In this document: piece after piece, positions 46,854-58,500 of the stretch
How positions within the stretch are numbered: the first letter of the stretch is position 1
Layout: each line of letters opens with the position of its first letter
DNA from: Macrostomum hystrix
Taxonomy: Eukaryota > Animalia > Platyhelminthes
Length of the DNA stretch: 64,000 nucleotides
Direction: 5' to 3'
Assembly (NCBI GenBank): GCA_950097015.1
Contig: CATNEN010000033.1
Coordinates: 2,108,001 to 2,172,000 of the forward strand
Made by a program: the position numbers and the translations under genes
Notes under the pieces: generated by a model
What the model was told of the DNA's origin: nothing
What the model saw: the letters and a program-made list of their open reading frames with translations, nothing else
Databases searched by the model: none

Positions 46854-49800
46854 GCCTGTCTGTCTGTCTGCCTGTCTGTCTGTCTGTCTGCCTGCCTGTC
46901 TGTCTGTCTGTCTGCCTGTCTGTCTGTCCGTCTGTTTCGTGTTGTTGTACTTGCAGCGAAAGGCTTTCAGGCCAAGAATCTTACTTGAGTTTAGCAAAAT
47001 CCCATTCTCCCAATTAATCAAAGGCAGTTAGTTTTGAAATAATGCCAGTAATAAATGGATTTTTCTAGTAGGCAACTCATTATCCCCTGGCAAATATTTC
47101 CTAGGAAATTCCCAGCAACACGCATTCCCGAGCCAGCGGTGGCTTCCCTATCCATCTTATCATTTTTCCCCACTGCAAAAAACAGGAGGGATAAAATGGG
47201 ATCGAATTCCCGCTGCCAGGATTTCGAGGGCCTTCTCTGCGATCCTCATTCGCACCTCGCATTCTCCTTATTTTTTTCTTGAGCTTTCGTGCTAATCTCC
47301 AGAGTCCCCTGCTCGCAGGGGGTGGATTCGAACTGCCGCGTCCTGCACCCATGCGGCTTGTTGCCGTGCTTCAAATCCCCTAATAAATCCCATGAACTAC
47401 CGCCACCCGCAATCCCACAGGATGTTGGCAGAAAAGGAAGAAATATTGTCCTTTCACGGGAGCTGGGATGCGAGAGGGAGATAGGAGAGGTCACTGTCAC
47501 TGTGGGATCAGGTTGGAGTTTAACAGCGACGAGTGAAAACCTGGCCGATATGTATCGAAAAAATCACTTTTGACTAGTGAAACAATTTCGACTGGAACCG
47601 AGGCAGAGGGCCAAGGTCAATATAAATATTGATAATTTTCTGTCCTAAAAAATCTAAGACTTCCCATTCCATACTTCACACCTGGGTTGAATTGTTTATT
47701 TGAAATCTGCAGTGTTTACACTAATTAAAAGGTCGCTTCAAATTATGATTTTCTGTCACCGGGGAGGGGGTTCTAGTTAACGATTGACAGCCAGACTGGG
47801 ATGAGGGGATGGGAAAATTGCTTGCAAATCCTCCACTAACTTTTGATAACTCTCTTCTATGCCGATTTTTTATTTTATCCCACTAAACTACACTGAAACT
47901 TGCCCAATAAAAGAATTCATCAAGCAGGCCCTATTAATCCTGAATGCCTAACATTGGGATCCTCAGATTTCAGTCGATTGACAGGCGGCTTTCAACATTC
48001 CTCTTTGCTCTCTCCCTGGCTGCCAAAAATGCTGCGATAACTTTCCTTCGGCCAGGTAGAAAGCAAATTGGAAACAAATGCCGCATTGCCTCTCATCCCG
48101 GCCCGTCTCTCTCTGCCCCGAACCTTCTTTCCTGAATCTGTCAGTCACTGGGCATCTTCTTTTGCAGTGTTTCACTTCAGGAGCAAATTTGGGTCCGATT
48201 CCGTCTGAGATTCACACCGATGGTTGCAAATGCATTCGAATTTGAATGAGATTTAGCCGAATCCACTGCCAAATCTGAGCCATTTTAAGCGCCTGATTTT
48301 GTCACTCCGGTTTAAAATGCAATGCCCCTTTCATTTTCACTCCAACGTTCTCACAGATTCCCCTCTGTCCCTTTCACTTCACACCAAATTCTCTTTGCTA
48401 CTCAAATTTTCACTCCGATTTTGACTCTGATTGTCACTCCGATTGTCACTCCGGTTGTCACTCCGATTGTCACTGCGATTTTCACTCTGATTGTCACTCC
48501 GATTGTCACTCCGGTTGTCACTCCGATTGTCCCTCTGATTGTCACTCATCTCCACCACAGCGATCGTCATCGCCGCCCGAGATCCGCGCCAGCAACGTCG
48601 GGAAGCTTCAGCACCGTCAGGCGCCGGCGCAGCCGCCGTTGCCACCCGCCGGCCCGGCCGACCGGCGCACGGAGTGAAATTCACCACGGCAACTCGCCTG
48701 CCGGCTGGAGTCGTCGGCGGAGGCAGCGGAGCCAGCAGCGACGACACCGCAGAGGATCTGAAGCCGATGGCAGCCTGCATTTCGTCTGCAGTGCAGCAGT
48801 TCCGGGTATGTGATTCTGCATCACTCACTCCAGTGATTCTGCATCACTCACTCCAGTGATTCTGTATCACTCACTCCAGTGATTCTGTATCACTCACTCC
48901 AGTGATTCTGCATCACTCACTCCAGTGATTCTGCATCACTCACTCCAGTGATTCTGTATCACTCACTCCAGTGATTCTGCATCACTCACTCCAGTGATTC
49001 TGCATCACTCACTCCAGTGATTCTGTGAATGCTGGCCTCTGTATCACTCACTCCAGTGATTCTGTGAATGCTGGCCTCTGTATCACTCACTCCAGTTATT
49101 CTGTGAATGCTGGCCTCTGTATCACTCACTCCAGTGATTCTGTGAATGCTGGCCTCTGTATCACTCACTCCAGTTATTCTGTGAATGCTGGCCTCTGTAT
49201 CACTCACTCCAGTGATTCTGTGAATGCTGGCCTCTGCATCACTCACTCCAGTGATTCTGTGAATGCTGGCCTTGCTTTCACTCATTTTAAAATGTTTTAA
49301 AACAGGTAGCTGTTATTATAGTTTTTTCGATACATATCGCTTTTCCTTCATTATTAAGGGTTGTTAGTATGGTGGGTTTTGGTCGCGTTTGGCCGTTGCC
49401 ACATGCAGACTTAAGTTGCTTCTAATTAGAAAGCAGCTAGAGCTACAGCCAGAGAGACAACAGCCGGCCATCACCATGGCAACGCGCCACATGGCAGGTC
49501 GCAAGCTCAGCAGACTGCGCTGCAAACTCTCCGCAGTAAATTTCCTTCTATAACAGAAGACACAAAGAAAGCATTGCAGAGTTTAATTTGCAATCAGCCT
49601 GGACACAGCCGAGAGCTCTCTTGGTCGTTGAAGGCTACGGTGGGCGCCGCCTAGATCTATAGTACACTAAGTGCTTTTAAGGAAGAAAGTGAATTTTGAA
49701 CAAAGGTAGATTTAAGGCATTGCTAGTAACTCTGTACAATGCCTTAATTATCCGCGACTGCAGCTACCAGGGGAGTGACCGATTCGAGCCGTGCGAAGGC

Positions 49801-51336
49801 GGGCTTCGATTTGGAAAGTGTGTTTTGCTGTATTGCCCGACTTTAGTTGGCATACCGCAGGCAGCGAAAGCTCTTCATGATGTGGGAAAGGAATTTTTTT
49901 CTTCGGTCTAAAACGGCCTCTCCAAGTCTCCCTGTCTGTCTCTGCTTCGCTACCAGTTTTTTTCTTCTTTTCTTTTACAAAGAACTTGCCCGCAACACCT
50001 GGCGCTGGTGCTGGAGCTCGCGAAAGGAAAACAGAAAATGTCAAAAAAAGAGGTGCAGCACGAGACTGGCTGCCAGAGACAGATGAGTGATAAGATTGGC
50101 CGGCTGGAACTGTTGCCTGCCTCTGAAAATTGAAAATTAAGTCACTGCGCCAGTATATGAAAGATAACTGTCAACTAACTAAAGAAGCAAATTCACTGAG
50201 GGCGCGTTGACAAACACAAACAGTTAGTGGACACACTGGACTGGCAAAACTTTCACCTGAAATCACTTCACCTTGATTCAATGAAACTTAGGTAATAGGC
50301 TCGTGTTGAATAAAAAATACTTTTCCTACCGGTGTCAACAATGCGGCCTCAGCTAGTGATAAATCAGAGAGAAAATTACAACAATAGTAGCTCGTACGGT
50401 GAGAAATCGGTTTAAATTGGCGACGAAATTCAGAGAAAAAAAACTACGTTTTTGTCAACGTAATTTTTTTTGTTGTTAAAATCGGCTAGAAAGACTGCTA
50501 AAATCAACGAGAAACATAACTAAAAAATCGCGATAAATTTAGTTTAAACCGGCAAAAAATGTTAAAAACGGCGAGGAAGTTTGTTAAACTGGGCGAAAAA
50601 GTTTGTTTAAATCGTCGAGAAAAAGTTTTTTAATTCAGCGAGAAAATTTGTTAAACTCAGCAACGAAATTTAAATTCTTTGTTTTTTATTCTTCAGGGAG
50701 GTATTTGCCAGCCGTGCTTCGTGACCCACCACCGTGAAAGTCTGGCTGCCGACTTATCTAGCCTGCAGTCGCTGGAGGGTTCCAACGATGACAGCGGCAA
50801 GGGCACCGGAAGTTTGGCCGACAACGCAGCCTGCGGCAGCGGAAGCGACCATGGCCCGGTGGGCTACCAGGGTGAGGCTAACTTAGCAGCGAAAATGCGT
50901 ACTTTTCTACTCATCAAATACGATTCCAGTAGTGCGATCCGAACGTTATAACCGTTTTTTTACGGATTTTCCAGCTCTGGCCCTCACGAAAACCGTCGCA
51001 TTGGGGATGCGATGCCCCCGACACAGCCTGGGTGCTGCTAGAAACAATGCCTATGAGCCACTGCTGCAGGGCTCTGGCGGTGGAGCTGGCGGCGGCTGCT
51101 GCTGCGGCGGCTGTGGAGTGGGTCGCCAGCAGCCGCCTCATCAACAGCGCGCCTCAGCAGTGGAGCTGACATCGCCGACGACTGCCGCAATGGCTGACAG
51201 CGGCCTGAACTACACCACCATCCAGCGCCTGCTGATGCCCGCCAGTGGTCAGACAGCTCGAGCTGCCAATGACGACGAGGATAAGGAAGACAGCGAAGAG
51301 AGGCTGGCGAGAGCTCTGGGAGCCAGCTATGTGTGA
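32832..51336 (+). CDS. Protocadherin with 7 extracellular cadherin repeats, TM helix and cytoplasmic tail, 7 exons
   Basis: Exons: 32832-33716, 40200-40604, 40758-41382, 45899-46678, 48561-48805, 50697-50871, 50975-51336 (TGA), all GT..AG and in phase. Signal peptide [22 protein letters not shown]. Ca-binding linkers DLNDNAP, DENDEVP, DVNDEPP, DVNDNPP, DDNDNAP, DVNDNAP, plus LDRE/LDFE motifs. [29 protein letters not shown]. Cytoplasmic DDSGKG motif. An upstream in-frame ATG exists at 32751. The ectodomain/TM exons are more certain than the three tail exons. Confidence 0.9.
33738..34020. repeat. 22-bp minisatellite at the start of protocadherin intron 1
   Basis: Unit gagatgcctgttctgttgaagt. 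Confidence 0.96.
34021..35460. repeat. 22-23-bp minisatellite abutting the previous array
   Basis: Unit gagattccattagtattggggt. Confidence 0.97.
36320..37020. repeat. Polypurine (AG-rich) simple repeat
   Basis: gagaggaaagcggagaggagag grading into (gagag)n. Confidence 0.93.
37690..38780. repeat. 31-bp minisatellite decaying into (gagagt)n
   Basis: Unit agtgggagtgactgtgagagtgactgctaag to about 38530, then hexamer repeats. Confidence 0.97.
39070..39540. repeat. 30-bp and 15-bp related repeats
   Basis: gagtgacagagttttagtgagacattgtag and gagtgacagaatggg. Confidence 0.88.
39900..40170. repeat. About 21-bp repeat ending about 30 nt before the protocadherin exon 2 acceptor
   Basis: gtgtggggaa(t/g)tcggtgctgg and variants. 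Confidence 0.88.
41410..42760. repeat. 14-bp minisatellite, about 95 copies (protocadherin intron 3)
   Basis: Unit gggattctagtca(c/t). Confidence 0.97.
43635..45230. repeat. 18-bp minisatellite, about 88 copies (protocadherin intron 3)
   Basis: Unit aaacctccagtttctatg. Confidence 0.98.
46700..46935. repeat. (TCTG)n microsatellite after the TM-exon donor
   Basis: Direct inspection. Confidence 0.95.
48400..48548. repeat. 12-bp repeat running into the exon 5 acceptor
   Basis: ttgtcactccga units. Confidence 0.88.
48810..49270. repeat. 23-bp array converting to a 39-bp expanded unit (protocadherin intron 5)
   Basis: gtgattctgcatcactcactcca, then gtgattctgtgaatgctggcctctgtatcactcactcca. Confidence 0.95.
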
Positions 51337-51868
51337 TAGCGATGACATTGACGACTGAGTCCACACAGCAATGCCGCTTTCGGATTCTCCACATAGATAG
51401 CAACCTATATTCCAATCTCCAACTCTCTCTCCTCCTCTCTCTTCCCCTCTCCATCTTTCCGTTTCCCACCGGTCAGCAAAGCAGCCCTTTCCTCAATCAC
51501 TCGGAAAGCTAAAGAATGAAATGACAAAAATTTAAACTGTGACTTCAGACCAGAGTTTTCGGCAAGCAAAAATTTGCTGAAAGAGCTCCACACTAAGCAA
51601 AGGTATTTTCTCCCTAAGCCAGATCTTTGCAACCCATTTCTAAATGTTTCTTTCACATTGCAGAAATTTCTTGCTTATTTTGCTGTTGATAATTGCTTCG
51701 CGACAAACAGCAGACAATTTGTGGAGACAGAGAGCAGCCCACGGACCTCACATTCCAGACATGTTTGCCTGTCTACTTGTCTGCTGGAAAACATTTTGTT
51801 TCAAATCATGTACCTCGCTAAATAACAGTTTGTTTGCATGTGAAATATGATTATTTTTTGGACGGAAC

Positions 51869-51874
51869 AATAAA
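51869..51874 (+). other. Putative polyadenylation signal of the protocadherin gene
   Basis: AATAAA about 530 nt after the stop codon, just before the 52030 array. Confidence 0.4.
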
Positions 51875-52029
51875 ACAGTATTTAATAATCCAGCTGAACA
51901 CGGCAAATATCTCACCTTGCTTCAATAGCTCTTTGTTCATGCTGGTGTTTGACTGCAGCCTGCAACATTCACCATGATGCATCAGGCTTGTCATTGTCAC
52001 CCGAGGCCGGAAGGCACCTTGTCTATACT

Positions 52030-53040
52030 TCTCCCAATCTTTCCTAATCTCTCACCCAATCTCTCACCCAATCTCTCACCCAATCTCTCACCCAATCTCT
52101 CTCCTAATCTCTCACCCAATCTCTCACCCAATCTCTCACCCAATCTCTCACCCAATCTCTCACCCAATCTCTCTCCTAATCTCTCACCCAATCTCTCACC
52201 CAATCTCTCACCCAATCTCTCACCCAATCTCTCTCCTAATCTCTCACCCAATCTCTCACCCAATCTCTCTCCTAATCTCTCACCCAATCTCTCACCCAAT
52301 CTCTCACCCAATCTCTCACCCAATCTCTCTCCTAATCTCTCACCCAATCTCTCACCCAATCTCTCACACAATCTGTCACCAAATCTGTCACCCAATCTCT
52401 CACCCAATCTGTCACACAATCTGTCACCCAATCTCTCACCCAATCTGTCACACAATCTGTCACCCAATCTCTCACCCCTCTATCTCCGAAATCTCTCGCC
52501 CAATCTGTCACCCGATCTCTCACCCAATCTGTCACCCAATCTCTCACCCCTCTATCTCCGAAATCTCTCACCCAATCTGTCACACAATCTGTCACCCAAT
52601 CTGTCACACAATCTGTCACCCAATCTGTCACACAATCTGTCACCAAATCTGTCACCCAATCTCTCACCCAATCTCTCACCCCTCTATCTCCGAAATCTCT
52701 CGCCCAATCTGTCACCCGATCTCTCACCAAATCTCTCACCCAATCTCTCTCCTAATCTCTCACCCAATCTCTCACCCAATCTCTCACCCAATCTGTCACC
52801 AAATCTGTCACGCAATCTCTCACCCAATCTCTCACTCAATATCTCTCACCCCTCTATCTCCGAAATCTCTCACCCAATCTGTCACACAATCTGTCACCCA
52901 ATCTGTCACACAATCTGTCACCAAATCTGTCACCCAATCTCTCACCCAATCTCTCACCCCTCTATCTCCGAAATCTCTCGCCCAATCTGTCACCCGATCT
53001 CTCACCCAATCTCTCACCCAACTCTCTCCCCTCTCTAACC
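52030..53040. repeat. 12-bp minisatellite
   Basis: Unit cccaatctctca. Confidence 0.96.
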
Positions 53041-54019
53041 GATCTCTCCCAATGTCACATAATCTCTCCCAATCCTACCCAAATTCTCACCCTTTCTCTC
53101 TCACAATCTGTCACTTAATCTCCCTTTAAGTCTCAAAGAGAATATTGTTCAATACTGTTGCCATTTGAAATTTCAGAAAGTCCTGTACATTGTTTTGTCA
53201 GTCTCTAAATGTGAAGTCCTCTCTGTCTCGTACTATAAATATTTATTAGCATCTCTTTATCCCTAAAAGTGTTCTCAAACTCCAAGTCAAAGTTGAGTCT
53301 AGTCGTGACAAAGCATTCGTAGGGGCTATTTTGCGAGCCAGAGTGCCCAGTACTTTCCTCATTCTCCCAGTGAGTCAGGAAATGAAACCCCTGCTTTCCC
53401 CGCCCACCGTAATTTCCTCATCAAATGCCAAGAAAGTCTAGAATTGCAGCAGCAGCAGCAGCAATGTCTGATTAGCTTCAGTAGGCCAAAGCTCAGGCCA
53501 CTCAGGGGATAAAGACCATTTGAAGAGATCCTTCAGGCCTCACTTGAGCCGTGCACTGGGAAGAATGAAGAAATTCCCAAGTTTTCGCCAAGCAAAGAGG
53601 AGACCAACTGCTTGAAGTCAGCCCACTCATATGAGCAGACGGCAGGGGGACTGCTCAAATCCTCAAAGAAAAAGTGCACAGCTCATTCATCAGCTCCGTG
53701 CTCTGTTTGCTTACATTTTACTATATTTTCTGGCCTTTTTAAAGCCACTCTAATCTCACACTTCTACTCAAAGAATTATTTTCTGAGTCTAAAATCTGAC
53801 ACAAAAATCAAATCGTCAAAACTCACAGCTGGCAGTCAGAGATTCAGAGAGCTGCGCTGCAACACTGAATGCAGACATGCGCGGGCACATACAGTCTGTA
53901 TTTCGGTGCGCTGCAACACTGAATTATCCCAAAATTAACGAATCCAAACATATTTTGGTGACCCACTTAAGAGAGAGAGATTGGAAGAGTTCTCAAAACC
54001 CATTTTTCATGAGTTCTCC

Positions 54020-55200
54020 TGACCCGTTTTGAGTACTCATGACCCATTTTGAGTTCTTATAACCCGTTTTGAGTACTGATAACCCATTCTGAGTACTAAT
54101 GACACATTCGGAGTACTCATGACCCATTTGAGTACTCATGGCCCATTTTGAGTTCTCATGACCCATTTTGAGTACTCGTGACCCGTTTTGAGTACTCGTG
54201 ACCCATTTTGAGTACTCATGACCCATTTTGAGTACTCGTGAGCCATTTTGAGTACTCGTGACTCATTCTGAGTACTCATGGCCCATTTTGAGTACTCGTG
54301 GCCTATTTTGAGTACTCATGACCCATTTTGAGTACTCGTGACCCATTCGGAGTACTCGTGACCCATTTTGAGTGCTCGTTACCCATTTTGAGTACTCGTG
54401 ACCCATTTTGAGTACTCATGACCCATTTTGAATACTCATGACCCGTTTTGAGTACTCGTGACCCATTTTGAGTTCTTGTAACCCGTTTTGAGTGCTGATA
54501 ACCCATTCTGAGTACTACTGACACATTCGGAGTACTCATGACCCATTTTGAGTACTCATGACCCATTTTGAGTACTCATGACCCATTTTGAGTACTCGTG
54601 ATGACCCGTTTTGAGTACTCGTGACCCATTTTGAGTACTCATGACCCATTTTGAGTACTCGTAACCCATTTTGAGTACTCATGACCCATTGTGAGTACTC
54701 ATGACCCATTTTGAGTACTCGTGGCCTATTTTGAGTACTCATGACCCATTTTGAGTACTCGTGACCCATTCGGAGTACTCGTGACCCATTTTGAGTACTC
54801 GTTACCCATTTTGAGTACTCGTGACCCATTTTGAGTACTCATGACCCATTTTGAGTACTCGTGAGCCATTTTGAGTACTCGTGACTCATTCTGAGTACTC
54901 ATGGCCCATTTTGAGTACTCGTGGCCTATTTTGAGTACTCATGACCCATTCGGAGTACTCGTGACCCATTTTGAGTACTCGTTACCCATTTTGAGTACTC
55001 GTGACCCATTTTGAGTACTCATGACCCATTTTGAATACTCATGACCCGTTTTGAGTACTCGTGACTCATTCTGAGTACTCATGACCCATTTTAATTTCTC
55101 ATGACCCATTTTGAGTTCTCATGACCCATTTTGAGTTTTCATGACCCATTTTGAGTAATCGTGACCCATTTTGAGTACTCGTGACTCATTTTGAGTAATC
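54020..55200. repeat. 20-bp minisatellite with internal palindrome
   Basis: Unit gacccattttgagtactc(a/g)t; contains TGAGTACTCA. Confidence 0.96.
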
Positions 55201-55405
55201 CGGACCCGCTTTGATTACGATTTCGACCCATTATTACCACGTGACTACTTACACTTACACTGGACTACCCTGACTCTCTTGATCTCTTGACCAATCTTTA
55301 CCATCATGACCAACCTGATCCACTGACCCACCCCAACCCCACCCCAATGAGACCTACTCACCGATTTCTATGAAATCAGCAGATCCCAGAGCTCGCACAG
55401 AGTCT

Positions 55406-55473
55406 AGAGCCAATCAGCTGGCGCGAAGGTCAGCCATGCTGCTATTGGCTCCGATGGCCCTAAAGTATTAAAA
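55406..55473 (+). promoter_or_regulatory. Putative core promoter of the DEG/ENaC gene
   Basis: CCAAT box (gagCCAATcag, 55410-55414), reverse CCAAT (ATTGG, 55444-55448) and TATA-like TATTAAAA (55466-55473), 57 nt upstream of ATG 55531. Confidence 0.5.
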
Positions 55474-55530
55474 GTGCCTCAAGCAGGTCTCCTAAGAAGC
55501 AGCAGCAGCAGCAGCAGCAGCAACTGAACA

Positions 55531-58500
55531 ATGTCCAGCCGATGGCGCATGCTGTGCGAAGGCTCCTCCATCCGAGGCATGCAGAAGATTGTGAAGTCAA
55601 GGGCGCCGTTCACTCGGATGCTGTGGACAATGTTCGTGGCCATCATGACCCTCGTGCTACTGGTCACATCCGGGTTCCTCATCAGCGACTACCTGGAGTT
55701 CGGCACGGCCTGGCACACCACCACAGCCTTCGACTATAAGCCGGCGTTCCCCTCGTTCACTCTGTGCTCGCATCAGCCGTTCGGCGACGCGGCCGAAGCC
55801 GCCTGGCGCGGCGGCTCGGTGCAGACGCCGCAGGAGTTTCAACGCCAGCTCAGAAACGCCAGCGCCAGCGCCATCGCTCGGAGACTCGGCGAGCCAGCCG
55901 AGGGCCTCTTCGCCTACGACAACGTGAACACCTACTACCAGCAGCTCAATCACTCCGATGCCGTCAGCATCGGGCACGCGATGTCCAGCCTGTTCCTCTG
56001 CATGGTCAGCGTCGACGGCATGCAGGTGATCGCCGAGAACTGCGCTGCCGAGGATGAGTTCGTCAGGATCCGGGTGCGCCTATTCCCGCACAGCGAATAC
56101 TTCAACTGCTTCACCATTGACGCCAGCGCGGCCAGGGGCATCGAGTCCGTGGTGGTGGTTGCGTCACTGACCCCGGCGAAGGAGCTGCCGTCGCTGCGGC
56201 AGAGCTTCGTCTACGATGTGCTCGGCAGGGGCGAGGGACTCAAAGTGAGAAGTCTTTGTTTCTAGGGAAGCCTAGGAAGCCTTTGTTTAATTGAAGCCAA
56301 TTTAGAACACTGAATCCATGCGACTTCTGTTGAATTTTACTGCTGGTTGAAATTTTATTCTGCTGAGATTCCTTGGGGACAAGATTCGAACTCGCGACCT
56401 CTCGGTCGGAAGTCCAATGCTCTAACCACTGGTGTACAAGTGGTGTACAAAATCTTCAACTGATTCTCAGCATATTCGATGTGCACTAATTTCCCAAATA
56501 TTACTAGCCAGTTCCTTGACTTTGCGTGACGTGTCAGGCGTCAGAGCGTCAGAATTGCAGCGGACTCTGGAGTCCTCACAGCTGACTGTAGATGTGCGCA
56601 CTTCCTGGGATCTGGCTAGCGAATATGCCAAGTCTCCGTTCTACTTTAACCACTGAAATCCGTACGCAGTCAAAGATTATTTGGAGCGGAAAAATTTGTG
56701 GTGCTCTTATTATGCTCAAATTCCTGGGAATGAAAGGTGGACTGCCCTCGAATAAGTTTAACGGGAATTCACACCTGAGGGGAATGAGAACACACCTGAG
56801 GGGAATGAGAACACACCTGAGGGGAATGAGAACACACATGAGGGGAATGAGAGCACACCTGAGGGGAATGAGAACACACCTGAGGGGATTGAGAGCACAC
56901 CTGAGGGGAATGAGGACACACATGAGGGGAATGAGAACACACCTGAGGGGATTGAGAGCACACCTGAGGGGAATGAGGACACACATGAGGGATCGAGAAC
57001 ACGCCTGAGGGAAATGAGAACACACCTGAGGGATCGAGAACGCACCTGAGGGGAATGAGAACACACCTGAGGGGAATGAGAACACACCTGAGGGGAATGA
57101 GAACACACCTGAGGGTAATGAGAACACACCTGAGGAGAATGAGAACACACCTGAGGGGAATGAGAACACACCTGAGGAGAATGAGAACACACCTGAGGAG
57201 AATGAGAACACACCTGAGGGGAATGAGAACACACCTGAGGGGAATGAGAACACACCTGAGGAGAATGAGAACACACCTGAGGGGAATGAGAACACACCTG
57301 AGGGGAATGAGAACACACCTGTGCAACCATCCCGCAGGTGGTGCTGCACGAGACAGGCGCGGCTCCCGACCTGGCTCAGAGCGGCTTCAACGCGGAGCCG
57401 GGCCGGCTGAACGAGGTTAACTACGGCACCACCGGCTGGCGGAAGCTGCGCACGCCGCGGCACAACTGCCGTGACGATCGGCCCCCGGTGCGACACCTGG
57501 GAGTCGACTACGCGGCCGACTATCATCAGTGTGTCAACGAGCGGCTGCAGAGGCACATCCTGCGGCACTGCGGCTGCCTCAACTCGCTTTGGCCGGTGCC
57601 AACGGCGCCCGGGGAGCCCGGCGGGGCGGCCGCGCCCTACTGCATCGATCTGGGCCGGCCGAGACTCACCGAGAGGCTCACCTGCGCCGCTGGTGTGCTC
57701 ATGCAGGCTGAGCAGCTCAGGAAGAATTTCTCTAACGACTGTTATCCCAGGTGTGCGAGATCTTGCTAGGCTTTGCAATGTTGCTTTATCTGAAAGTAGG
57801 TCATTGAGGTCATTCAGGTAGGTTATTGAGGATTCAAGTAGGTCATTCACCATTTAAGTACGTCATTGAACATTCAAGTAGGTCATTCAGGATTCAAGTA
57901 GGTCATTGAGCATTCTAGTAGGTCATTGAGCATTCTAGTAGGTCATTGAGCATTCTAGTAGGTCATTGAGCATTCTAGTAGGTCATTGAGCATTCTAGTA
58001 GGAGATTTTCAGTGCTCACAGCGCACCACTTACAGGTGCACCTACTTCACCTACGAGCCGACTCTGTCGGCCACTCACTGGGCTCCGTCGCCCAGCAAGC
58101 TGGCAGCCCTCGCCGACCAGTACAAAGCGCAGCTGGCGCGGGAGAACGATCCTTCGGTGACGCCGGAGCGGCTGCTTGCGGCCCTGGCCCGTCCTGTCGG
58201 GCAGTACGCACCGGGCGAGTTCGGCTCCCGTCTGGCCCGCGACACCGCCTACGCCTGCGTGAAGATCAGGCGAAAGAACTGGGACATCACCTGGAAGCTG
58301 GAGAAGCTCACTCTAGATGTTAACATCCTGCTCAGCCGAATTGGCGGCCTGTGCTCATTGTGCATCGGACTCACTGCCGCCTTCGCTGCCGAGCTGGTCG
58401 AGTTCGCCTACATCAACCTGGTCGGCGACTCGACGACCCCGGCTGCCAATGCGGCCCGCCCCGCTGAGCAGCGATTCGAGCTGGAAGCGGTAGAGTCGCT

